NCBI GenBank assembly: GCA_963754875.1
Contig: CAVWHO010000008.1
Span: forward strand, 320,001-384,000
DNA from: Nitrospirota bacterium
GTDB taxonomy: Bacteria; Nitrospirota; UBA9217
Direction: 5' to 3'
DNA length: 64,000 nucleotides
Positions 20,072 to 29,242 of this stretch are shown here, piece after piece. How positions within the stretch are numbered: the first letter of the stretch is position 1; each line of letters begins with the position of its first letter. The position numbers were made by a program, and so were the translations under genes. The notes under the pieces are model-generated. The model saw only the letters and a list, made by a program, of their open reading frames with translations, was not told where the DNA came from and searched no databases.

Positions 20072-23000
20072 TTACCAGCTGGGCAGCCCCACTGCTTTCC
20101 TCAGGATCGCGACTACGTCCGCAATGTCGATCTTCCCGTCCGGCTTACGTTGGCCATTTGCCAGCGGCGCCACGTCTCCATGTGCGAGATCATCCTGCGT
20201 CGGCGTATCGATACCTGCCGCAAACCGGAGGGCCTTGAGCGCGTCGGTAGCGTTCACAGCGCCAGTATTGCCATTTAACTTGCCGTCGGCCATGACGACA
20301 TTAAGAGGCTGCTGTACGGAGGTTGCAGCATTGTAGTTGTTGTCTCCTGCCTGTGATACAGTGATCGTCGTGGTCCCCGCACCCACGATATGAATATTGC
20401 TACCTACTATCGTTGCCACAAAACTGTTCGAGCTGGTGTAGGTGACCGGAAGACTTGAACTAGCAGAGGCCCCGACTGCAAAATCGGCATCTCCATAGAT
20501 TTTCGCAGAAAGCGAACCGAAAGTGATTGTCTGGTTCGCCTTGTTCACGGTCAGCAGTTGCGGCACAGAGGGCGCCGCATTGTAGTTGCTGTCTCCCGAC
20601 TGTGATGCGGTGATCGTAGTGGTTCCCGCTCCCACGATATGGATAGTGTTACCTACAACCGTTGCCACTGCGGGATTCGAGCTGTTATAAGTAACCGTAA
20701 GAGTCGAACTGACCGATGCTCCCAGAGCAAAATCGCTGTCACCGTAGGTCTTCGCCGCCAGCGCACCAAAGGTAATCGTCTGGTTCGCTTTGTTCACGGT
20801 AAGGGGCTGTAGTACGGGGATCGCTGGGTTATAGTTGTTGTCTCCGGGCTGTGATGCAGTGATCGTTGTGGCCCCCGGGCCCACGATATGGATGTTGTTA
20901 CCTACGACCGTCGCCACTGCGGGGTTTGAGCTGGCGTACAATACCTGTAAGCCGGAGTTTGACGCTGCCCCAGGCGAGAAATCGGCGTCACCGTAGCTCT
21001 TCGCTGCAGGCGCGCTGAAGGTGATTATTTGGTTTGCTTTGTCCACGAACTGTGTCAGCGCCGGGGATGATGTCGATCCGCCGTAGTTGGCGTCACCATT
21101 GTATGCCGCCGTTATTGCATGCGAGCCGCCACCCAGAGTGCTCGTGCTGAATAAGGTTGAGCCGTTACTCAATGTACTCGTGCCGAGGATTGTCGTACCG
21201 TTGTCCTTGAAAGTCACCGTACCGCTTGGTGTGCCGGTCGAGCCTGAGGTGACCGTTGATGAAAAGGTCAGGCTAGTTCCGTAGGTCGACGGGTTCGTGC
21301 CTATGGACATGAGTATACTCGTCGTCGTCATGTAATTAACTACGGTCTGCACGAGAGGCGTCACGGTGGATGGTTGGTTGAAATTCGCGTCTCCATTGTA
21401 CGTCGCTGTTATTGTGTTCGTACCCAACGTACTAAGTGCTATAACTAAGGTAGCTGTCCCGCCTGATAAATTTGCCGATCCCAGGGAAATTCCGTTATCA
21501 GAAAACTGCACGGAACCGCTAGGAATTCCGCCGGCGCTGGCAATTGTCGCTGTGAAGGTCACAGGCGTGTTGATAGCCGATGTCTGGAAATTGGACGTTA
21601 TACTCATAACCGTTGTTGCCTTGTTAATCTGCACGACTGCAGACTGCGATGAACTTGATGTGTTATAGTTCCCATCACCGCCGTAGGCCGCTGATATAGA
21701 GTGTGACCCGACTCCGATGGTGCTTGTTGTATAAGATGCTATGCCGCTTAACACTGTGCCTGTTCCAATGGGCGATACACCATCATAAAACGTCACCGTG
21801 CCGGTCGCCCCGGCCCCTGTAACATTGGCTGTAAAGGTCACGGGGCTACCGTAGGTTGCCGATGCGGCACTGGGAGATACACTCGTTGTTGACGAAGCCA
21901 GATTTACTGTCTGAGCAATAGCAGGTGACGTTGATGTTGAGAAGTTCGTATCGCCGTTGTAAACTGCCGTTATCGAATGCGGGCTCCCAACGACGCCTAG
22001 AGTGTTCGTAGTATAGGTGGCTACACCAGAGGTGATCGTTCCCGTTCCGAGGAGGGTCGCGCCGTCCTTGAACGTTACCGTACCAGTAGGAGTGCCACCC
22101 GGACTGGTGACCGTAGCCGTAAAGGACACGGACGTTCCGAACGTCGACGAATTATTATTTGACACAACGACTGCTGCTGTTGATGCTTGATTTATGGTCT
22201 GAGTCACGGCGACTGACGTTGATGTCGCGAAGTTCGTGTCTCCGCTGTAGACCGCCGTTATCGAGTGCGAACCCACTGTGAGGGCGCTCGTGGTATACGT
22301 AGCCGTACCAGCAGAGAGTGGCCCTGACCCGAGGGTTACCGCGCCGTCCTTGAACGTTACCGTGCCACTCGCACCTACACCGCTGACCGTCGCCGTAAAG
22401 GTGACCGGATTTCCATAGGTAGAAGTAGGTGACGACGATACAACGGCCGGTGTCGACGTAGCCTGACCGACGTTCTGGGTAATGGCAACTGATGTTGAGG
22501 TCGCGAAGTTCGTGTCTCCACTGTAGACCGCCGTTATCGAGTGCGAACCTGTTGTGAGGGCGCTCGTGGCATAGGTGGCCGTACCAGCAGAGAGCGGCCC
22601 TGACCCGAGAGTTCCCGCACCATCCTTGAACGTTACCGTGCCACTCGCCCCGGCGCCGCTGACCGTCGCTGTAAAGGTGACCGGGTTTCCATAGGTAGAA
22701 GTAGGTGAAGACGAGACCACAGTCGGTGTCGACGTAGCCTGACCGACGTTCTGGGTAATGGCAACTGATGTTGAGGTCGCGAAGTTGGTGTCTCCACTGT
22801 AGACCGCCGTTATCGAGTGAGAACCCACTGTGAGGGCGCTCGTGGTATACGTGGCCGTACCACCAGAGAGCGGCCCTGATCCGAGAGTTCCAGCACCATC
22901 CATGAACGTTACCGTCCCGGTCGCACCGATGGTGACCGTCGCCGTAAATGTAACGGGGCTGCCATAAGTCGATGGGTTTGCACTGGGAGACACACTCGTT

Positions 23001-25552
23001 ATTGACGAAGCCTGAGTTATTATTTGAGTGATGGGAACTGACGTTGATGTTGCGAAATTTGCATCACTGTTATAAACCGCTGTTATCGTATGCGTGCCAG
23101 CGCTGAGAATGCTCGTAAGATAGGTGGCTGTATTTGGCGACGCGCCGGATAACGTTCCTGTGCCGATCGGTGCCCCGTTATCATTAAACGTCACCGTCCC
23201 GGTCGCGCCGGAGGTGATCGTTGCTGTGAAGGTAACTGCGCTTCCGTATGCCGCCGAAGGCGACGATGAGCCGACGCTCGATGTCGTTGACGCCTTGTTT
23301 ACGGTCTGAGTAATGACGCTTGATGTTGATCCCGCGAAGTTCGTGTCGCCGCCATAGACTGCTGTTATCGTATGCGTCCCCCCGCTCAGAATGGGGGAGG
23401 TGATATAGGTGGCTGTATTAGGCGAACCACCAGACAAATTGCCAATGCCGATTGTATTCACTCCGTCCATGAACGTTACTGAGCCAGTCGCGGTGGAGGT
23501 GACCGTGGCCGTAAAGGTGACTGGATTTCCGTATGATGATGTGGGTGACGATGAAGTAACGCTGGTTGCTGACGCTATCGCGGTTATCGTCAGCGTGCCG
23601 TTCACGAATTGGAAACCGTAATTGACGGCTGTAAGAGAGCCAGCGGCTGCGATGATGGGATAGGTTCCCTGCGGGGATGTTGATGTTGCCGCCGTTGTAA
23701 GCGACGGCGTGCCGGTCAACACAGACGAGTTCTGGCTGTTCACAAATCCGGTGTACAATGCAGTGAATGTGGGGTTACTTGAAAGATAAGGCCTGCTCAC
23801 GTTGTTTGCTGTCACTGTTAGTAATACCGGGGTCACTGTCAGTGTGCCGGTCGCAAAACTCGCGGCGTAACTTCCCGCCCCTGCGTACGTCGCGGTCACC
23901 ACATTATCCCCCGCCGAGATCGTTGTAGAGGAGTACACGGCGCTGCCGTTACTCAGAGTCAACGTCGTGGTTGGTCCGCTGTTGATTTTTAACCCCACTT
24001 GGCCTGTAGGCGTCCCCGTGGTCGCGCTTACGTTCACTGTCACCGTGCTGGATCCATAAGACGATACAGGTGCGATGATTGATGTCGATGTCGTTGTTTT
24101 TCCATCATTATAGACTCGCGCCACATAACTACGCGTTACGCCGCTTACCAGGGTGAATCCTCCGCCGATAATGATCTGAGTACCTGACGGCGATGAAGCA
24201 ACCGAGTAAACAGGGCCGTTGGCATTCGGGTCAAAGGTCGTGTCCAAGTTGCCGGCGGGTGAGGAGAATAACGCAACGTTATTGCGCGTTACCGCGCCTA
24301 TGGCGTTAAAGGAGCCGCCGGTTATGATCTGAGTGCCCGACGGCATCGAAAAAACAGAGTTAACCGGTCCGCTGGCATTCGGATAAGTGCCGATGCTGCC
24401 GTCCGAGTTCAACAACTGAAGGTAAGGCTGTCCTGTAGTCGGATCGTTAATACCGCCCCCAACTACGACTGACCCGTCTGACTGTCTCGCGATCGAATAG
24501 ACTTGGTCCTCGCCGGTGATTCTTGCGGAATTGAAACTCGTGTCTTGCGATCCGTTGGACATGTTGAGGAGTGTGACATAGTTTACGAGTGAGGTGATGT
24601 ATCCGCGTCCTGAGTCAGTGGACATACATTGGCCATAATCGACAAGAGTCGATCCATCAGCGTCAATGCAGGCGGGCACTGTAGCTGTGGGCGCACTTAA
24701 GGGGTTTGAGGGGTCTGATAAATAAACGTGTAATGTAGTCGTAGCCGCGCTACTGGTGCCACAATACGTACATTGCATTTTGTAAAAAACTCCACCTGCC
24801 GTAATCTTCTTGTTCGAAGCGAATGATCCTGTGTCCTGCACAATAATCGAATTAACAGTACTGCTCACATTGGGAGTAAAGGTTGCATCCATGATACCTG
24901 TGCCGGTGCCTGCTGTCAGCAGCCGAACGAAGAAAGGATGCAGTCCCGTAGTATTGTACGGCATAGTGCTTACTGTTGGGCAGGAGCTCAAATTTACATT
25001 TTTAAAAGTACCGCCAACGAGTAGATTTCCATCTGCCTGCAATGCAAGCGCAGCCACCGACGTAGCATCCGGTTGACTCGGGTCGCAATTATTTAATTGC
25101 GGATTAAAGGTTGCATCAATAGTACCGTCGGAGTTCAGACGCATCATGCCTTTGTAGGGATTTTTAAAATTCCCTCCGATGATGATCTTGTTGCTATTTG
25201 TTGGTTGTGTGACGATTTGATCGACCGTACCATCAAGAAGAGAATTCACATTGCTATTGAACGCACTATCAGGGGTGCCATCTAAGTTGAAACGCGCAAG
25301 CCAATTGCTCGGCCCGCTGATGTATCCGCCGACAAGGACTTTGCCGTCCGGTTGCACAAAGACTTTAGTCACGCACTCTTGTGGATTGGGTCGATCTGGG
25401 TTGCAAGTCACATTAGGATTGAAGGAATCGGTGACCCAGGCGCCGAAGCTCGTTGCCGGAAGCATCAATGCTCCCGCGAGTACAAGGCAGGTCGCCAGGA
25501 ACAACAACTTCCCTCTCATTAAATTCGTGATTATCCGCCTCTCACGTATCAT
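20072..25552 (-). CDS. Giant secreted adhesin: delta-60-like beta-propeller repeats, MBG-like domain, many Ig-like (Big_3-type) repeats, C-terminal dockerin-like domain
   Basis: Signal peptide. VQPDGKVLVGG/RLNSDGTIDATF repeats, TVTFKDG...HSITAVYSGDTNF repeats, KANQTITF repeats. Terminal DGKLNGNTGAVNATDALKALR...GDVAP...PDGKIDIADVVAILRKAVG. RBS AAGGAG before ATG 25552. Confidence 0.88.
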   Translation of the reverse strand: MIRERRIITNLMRGKLLFLATCLVLAGALMLPATSFGAWVTDSFNPNVTCNPDRPNPQECVTKVFVQPDGKVLVGGYISGPSNWLARFNLDGTPDSAFNSNVNSLLDGTVDQIVTQPTNSNKIIIGGNFKNPYKGMMRLNSDGTIDATFNPQLNNCDPSQPDATSVAALALQADGNLLVGGTFKNVNLSSCPTVSTMPYNTTGLHPFFVRLLTAGTGTGIMDATFTPNVSSTVNSIIVQDTGSFASNKKITAGGVFYKMQCTYCGTSSAATTTLHVYLSDPSNPLSAPTATVPACIDADGSTLVDYGQCMSTDSGRGYITSLVNYVTLLNMSNGSQDTSFNSARITGEDQVYSIARQSDGSVVVGGGINDPTTGQPYLQLLNSDGSIGTYPNASGPVNSVFSMPSGTQIITGGSFNAIGAVTRNNVALFSSPAGNLDTTFDPNANGPVYSVASSPSGTQIIIGGGFTLVSGVTRSYVARVYNDGKTTTSTSIIAPVSSYGSSTVTVNVSATTGTPTGQVGLKINSGPTTTLTLSNGSAVYSSTTISAGDNVVTATYAGAGSYAASFATGTLTVTPVLLTVTANNVSRPYLSSNPTFTALYTGFVNSQNSSVLTGTPSLTTAATSTSPQGTYPIIAAAGSLTAVNYGFQFVNGTLTITAIASATSVTSSSPTSSYGNPVTFTATVTSTATGSVTFMDGVNTIGIGNLSGGSPNTATYITSPILSGGTHTITAVYGGDTNFAGSTSSVITQTVNKASTTSSVGSSSPSAAYGSAVTFTATITSGATGTVTFNDNGAPIGTGTLSGASPNTATYLTSILSAGTHTITAVYNSDANFATSTSVPITQIITQASSITSVSPSANPSTYGSPVTFTATVTIGATGTVTFMDGAGTLGSGPLSGGTATYTTSALTVGSHSITAVYSGDTNFATSTSVAITQNVGQATSTPTVVSSSPTSTYGNPVTFTATVSGAGASGTVTFKDGAGTLGSGPLSAGTATYATSALTTGSHSITAVYSGDTNFATSTSVAITQNVGQATSTPAVVSSSPTSTYGNPVTFTATVSGVGASGTVTFKDGAVTLGSGPLSAGTATYTTSALTVGSHSITAVYSGDTNFATSTSVAVTQTINQASTAAVVVSNNNSSTFGTSVSFTATVTSPGGTPTGTVTFKDGATLLGTGTITSGVATYTTNTLGVVGSPHSITAVYNGDTNFSTSTSPAIAQTVNLASSTTSVSPSAASATYGSPVTFTANVTGAGATGTVTFYDGVSPIGTGTVLSGIASYTTSTIGVGSHSISAAYGGDGNYNTSSSSQSAVVQINKATTVMSITSNFQTSAINTPVTFTATIASAGGIPSGSVQFSDNGISLGSANLSGGTATLVIALSTLGTNTITATYNGDANFNQPSTVTPLVQTVVNYMTTTSILMSIGTNPSTYGTSLTFSSTVTSGSTGTPSGTVTFKDNGTTILGTSTLSNGSTLFSTSTLGGGSHAITAAYNGDANYGGSTSSPALTQFVDKANQIITFSAPAAKSYGDADFSPGAASNSGLQVLYASSNPAVATVVGNNIHIVGPGATTITASQPGDNNYNPAIPVLQPLTVNKANQTITFGALAAKTYGDSDFALGASVSSTLTVTYNSSNPAVATVVGNTIHIVGAGTTTITASQSGDSNYNAAPSVPQLLTVNKANQTITFGSLSAKIYGDADFAVGASASSSLPVTYTSSNSFVATIVGSNIHIVGAGTTTITVSQAGDNNYNAATSVQQPLNVVMADGKLNGNTGAVNATDALKALRFAAGIDTPTQDDLAHGDVAPLANGQRKPDGKIDIADVVAILRKAVGLPSW
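22200..23010 (-). repeat. ~276-bp near-identical tandem repeats encoding Ig domains
   Basis: The string tgtcgacgtagcctgaccgacgttctgggtaatggcaactgatgttgaggtcgcgaagtt occurs at 22451 and 22727; 92-aa repeat unit. Confidence 0.9.
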
Positions 25553-25677
25553 ATCCAAACTCCTTTCATCTTTTCCTTTGGTTCAATTTCGTAACGATAT
25601 ATCATAATTGATCTTTTTGTGATGAGTTCGCCCGCTTGGAAATTTTACTTTTCTAAAAAGAACGCGACTAAGAATTT

Positions 25678-26039
25678 GTACGCCTTTTACCTTACACTAA
25701 TTCTTATAGCAAGAATTATACCTTCGTAAATTAGCGGTACTGTTTGCTACTTTTAAGAGAAGGTATGACGAGGAGGACAAATATCGAAAAATGAACGCAG
25801 GATATAACTTATTGATAATGTTTATGAATTTTACTACTTTGTAGCCAATTGTTCATCGCGGAAACTACTGAGGGGATGATGCTATGCTACCGGAGAAAGA
25901 GCGTTCACAGTTCATGCCACTGAAAGGACAGCGGGAATGCAGGAAAGAATGAATCTCATTGACTCTAAAAGAAACAGTAATGCTGTCTATGAGCTTGATT
26001 TTGAAGGCATTGAGAACACTGTTTCCTACGGATACAGGG
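25678..26039 (-). promoter_or_regulatory. Promoter module copy B: enhancer-like palindromes, IHF site and sigma54-type promoter upstream of the adhesin
   Basis: TGTATCC-GTA-GGAAACA (26036-26020); IHF consensus TATCAATAAGTTA (25817-25805); GG-N10-GC in GAAGGTATAATTCTTGCT (25725-25708). Homologous to 43022-43374. Confidence 0.78.
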
Positions 26040-26053
26040 TGAGAGGGCGGAGA

Positions 26054-28063
26054 TCACGCCGATTGTATATTTGAGATACACATCTCGGACCCATCGCTCA
26101 TTACCCTCGACGTCATCTCCAGGCTGCAGAGTTCCTCACACTTCGCGTCGAATTTCTTGATAAAGAGGTCCTGCAAGAGCAGCGTGGACACGATCCCGAC
26201 GATTGCCATGTTGTCCCTGAACCCGAGCACCGGGCTCTGCCGGCATTTTCTGGCCAGAAGCTGGACGGCCTTGGGGTTGAATAAACCGCTCGCCGTGAGG
26301 TTCTTTTCCGAGAGGAGTTCCTCGACATACTCCTGGCGCCTGCCGGCGAAGAAGCTCTTCGCGTCGGGCGCCATGTAGGGTTGCTTTGTCCTATTAAGAA
26401 TGGAATCGGGAAGCAGTCCCTGCATGCTCTTTTTCAGGATGTATTTTTCCGTGAGGGCGCGCATCCTGATCTTGGGAGGCAACTTGCTACAAAATTCCAC
26501 GAGCCGGTGGTCGAGGAAGGGGAACCTGCCTTCGATCGAGTGCGCCATGGCCACCCGGTCCCCCTGGGACGAAAGCAGGTAGCCCGGGAGCAGGGTCTTG
26601 ATTTCGATATACTGCGCCCGCGAAATGTCGTCGGCGCGGTAAATGCCGTCGGAGAGGTATTCCGACAGGTCATCAACACACCCGTACATCTGCAGGGTAT
26701 TTTTCAGTTCTGAGGAGAAGAACATCTTGGCCATCGAAGTGGTGTTCCACCGGGGGATATGCGAATAGAACTCCGCAGGATAAGCGCTCGTGTCCGCCTT
26801 GAAAAACGACTCCGCATAGGGCAGCGACTTTACGGGAGAGTTCGCGAGATAGGGATAGAGCCGCTTCAGGATGAGCCGCCGGTACTTTGATCCGGGGTTC
26901 CGCTCGAGGAACCGCCGCACCTTGACCTCCTTGAAGATATCGTACCCGGCCAGGATCTCGTCCGATCCTTCGCCGGTCAGGACGACCTTGTACCCGCTGT
27001 CCCGGACCAGTTTCGCGAGGAGATACAGCGGCGCTGCCGCCGTCCGGAGGACGGTCTTCTCGGTGTGCCAGATGACATCGGGAAAGACATTGCCGATGTC
27101 GTCGCTGGTGCACCGGACGGCGCTGTGGTCCGCGCCCAGGTAGTCGATCATCTTCTTCTGGTGTTCGCTTTCATCGAAAGCCCCGTCGGCGAAGGTGACC
27201 GAAAACGTACGCAGGGGCGTGTCCGTAAATTTTTTGATCAGCATCGTGATCACGGAAGAATCGATACCGCCGCTCAGATATGCCCCCACCGGCACATCGG
27301 CCCGGAGTTGAAGCCGCGTCGAATCGATCAGGAGGTCCCGGAGTTCCTCGGCGTACGCCTCCTCCGTTTTGCCGTCCTCGTCACAATCGAAATCCACGTC
27401 CCAGTACCGTTTCGTGGTCATCTTGCCGCGTTCGATCATGAGGTAGTGTCCGGCCGGAAGTTCATGGATATTTTCGAACGCCGTCCTCGGCGGGATGGTC
27501 ATCCAGAAGGTAAACGTCTGGTCAAGGGCGTAGAGGTCAAGCGCCCGCGGCACTCTGTTGTCTGCGAACAGGGACTTCACCTCCGAAGCGAAGAGGAGTG
27601 ATCCATCGACGACGGTATAGAACAGCGGCCGTATCCCGAGCCGGTCCCTGGCGATAAAGAGCGTCTTCCGCCTCTTGTCCCAGATGGCGAAGGAGAACTG
27701 CCCGTTCAGCGATGCAAGACACTCCGGCCCGTGATCTTCGTAGAGATGGACAATGACCTCCGTATCGGACATCGTGTAGAAGCGGTGTCCCTTCTGTTCG
27801 AGCGCCTGGCGCAGCTCACGGTAATTGAAAATTTCACCGTTGAACACGATCCAGACGCTTTTGTCCTCGTTGTGGACCGGCTGCCAGCCTCCCTCCAGGT
27901 CGATGATGCTCAGCCGCGCGTGAGCAAGCCCCGCCCTCCTGTCGCGATAGAAACCGAAGCCGTCGGGGCCCCGGTGCCGCACCATCGCGATCATCTTCTT
28001 GAGGTCGTCGAAGGATATTTCACCCTCACGTTCGAGATTGAATATTCCCGCTAAGCCACACAT
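26054..28063 (-). CDS. asnB: Asparagine synthase family amidotransferase, copy 2
   Basis: MCGLAG, HARLSIIDL, FNGEIFNY, LSGGIDSS, TGEGSDE, EGRFPFLD. Confidence 0.95.
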   Translation of the reverse strand: MCGLAGIFNLEREGEISFDDLKKMIAMVRHRGPDGFGFYRDRRAGLAHARLSIIDLEGGWQPVHNEDKSVWIVFNGEIFNYRELRQALEQKGHRFYTMSDTEVIVHLYEDHGPECLASLNGQFSFAIWDKRRKTLFIARDRLGIRPLFYTVVDGSLLFASEVKSLFADNRVPRALDLYALDQTFTFWMTIPPRTAFENIHELPAGHYLMIERGKMTTKRYWDVDFDCDEDGKTEEAYAEELRDLLIDSTRLQLRADVPVGAYLSGGIDSSVITMLIKKFTDTPLRTFSVTFADGAFDESEHQKKMIDYLGADHSAVRCTSDDIGNVFPDVIWHTEKTVLRTAAAPLYLLAKLVRDSGYKVVLTGEGSDEILAGYDIFKEVKVRRFLERNPGSKYRRLILKRLYPYLANSPVKSLPYAESFFKADTSAYPAEFYSHIPRWNTTSMAKMFFSSELKNTLQMYGCVDDLSEYLSDGIYRADDISRAQYIEIKTLLPGYLLSSQGDRVAMAHSIEGRFPFLDHRLVEFCSKLPPKIRMRALTEKYILKKSMQGLLPDSILNRTKQPYMAPDAKSFFAGRRQEYVEELLSEKNLTASGLFNPKAVQLLARKCRQSPVLGFRDNMAIVGIVSTLLLQDLFIKKFDAKCEELCSLEMTSRVMSDGSEMCISNIQSA

Positions 28064-29016
28064 TGGTTACTGACCCGCTGGCGGTACCAGGAGATTGTTT
28101 CCGCAAGCCCTTTCTTGATGTTGAATGTTCTGCGGTAGCCCAGGTTCTTTTTTGCGTACTCGATATCGCCCACCGAATCCCGGATGTCACCTTCCCTTTT
28201 CGGTTTGAAATCGATCTCGGATTTCGATCCGGTAAGGTCGAGAATCGTCCTGGCCAGTTCGAGAATGCTTGTCTGCTTGCCGTTGCCTACGTTGAAAATC
28301 GTGCCGTGAACGCCGTTTCCGATGAGGGCGCTCAGGTTCGCGTTTACGACGTCGTCGATATAGATAAAGTCCCGCGTCTGGCCGCCGTCTCCTTCGATCG
28401 GTATCGGCTCGTCGTTAAGTGCCCTGGAGATGAATTTCGGGATGACGGCCGCATAATCTGAATTGGGGTCCTGCCGTCTTCCATAAACATTGAAATACCG
28501 GAGGCCGATGATCGACGTACCGTAGAGATCGGAGAAAATGCCGCCGAGCATCTCCTTTGCGACCTTTGACATGGCATAGGGAGATTTCGGACAGGGCGTC
28601 ATCGTTTCACGTTTTGGGAGCTCGGGCGTGTCCCCATAGACGGACGACGAGCTTGCGAAAACGATGCGCCTGGCGCCGTATTCCGCCGCGATATGAAAAA
28701 GGTTCGTTGTCCCGGCTACATTCGTTTCCATGGTGGCCACGGGGTCCGCGATGCTTTTGGTAACGCTCGAAACCGCCGCCTGGTGGGATATGAGCGAAAT
28801 ATTTTCCGACTTCATGATCGATCGCACCAGACCTTTGTCCAGGATGCTTCCCTTGACGAATTTGAGATTCTCCTCACGCTTGAGGTCGAGAACGTTCTCC
28901 ATTTTTCCTGTGCTAAGGTCATCGAGTATCACGACCCGGTATCCCTGGGCAAGCAGTGCCTCTGCAATATTGCTTCCGATAAATCCCGCGCCGCCTGTAA
29001 CGAGTACTGCTTCCAT
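28051..29016 (-). CDS. NAD-dependent UDP-hexosamine 4-epimerase (WbpP-like SDR)
   Basis: VTGGAGFIGS, ASSSSVYG, YAMSK, LRYFNVYG, YAAVIPKF; RBS GGAGG before ATG 29016. Confidence 0.92.
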   Translation of the reverse strand: MEAVLVTGGAGFIGSNIAEALLAQGYRVVILDDLSTGKMENVLDLKREENLKFVKGSILDKGLVRSIMKSENISLISHQAAVSSVTKSIADPVATMETNVAGTTNLFHIAAEYGARRIVFASSSSVYGDTPELPKRETMTPCPKSPYAMSKVAKEMLGGIFSDLYGTSIIGLRYFNVYGRRQDPNSDYAAVIPKFISRALNDEPIPIEGDGGQTRDFIYIDDVVNANLSALIGNGVHGTIFNVGNGKQTSILELARTILDLTGSKSEIDFKPKREGDIRDSVGDIEYAKKNLGYRRTFNIKKGLAETISWYRQRVSNQCVA

Positions 29017-29242
29017 ATGTCCTCCCTTACTCCCTGAAGCAAAACACAAAAAAAATCTCAGATCCCTGACGCCATCCTCTTTGTCGCCGTCGACGAGTGG
29101 CCGTGACCCGGAATCACTACGGGTCGACGAGAACGAGACATCTATTGTTATTGCAGCCTGATTTACAGCCCTTGAACCCGATCGTTAACTGAATCCTCTG
29201 TTATCTATCGTCACAACCATAAAGCAACTGTTTGAAACTGCG

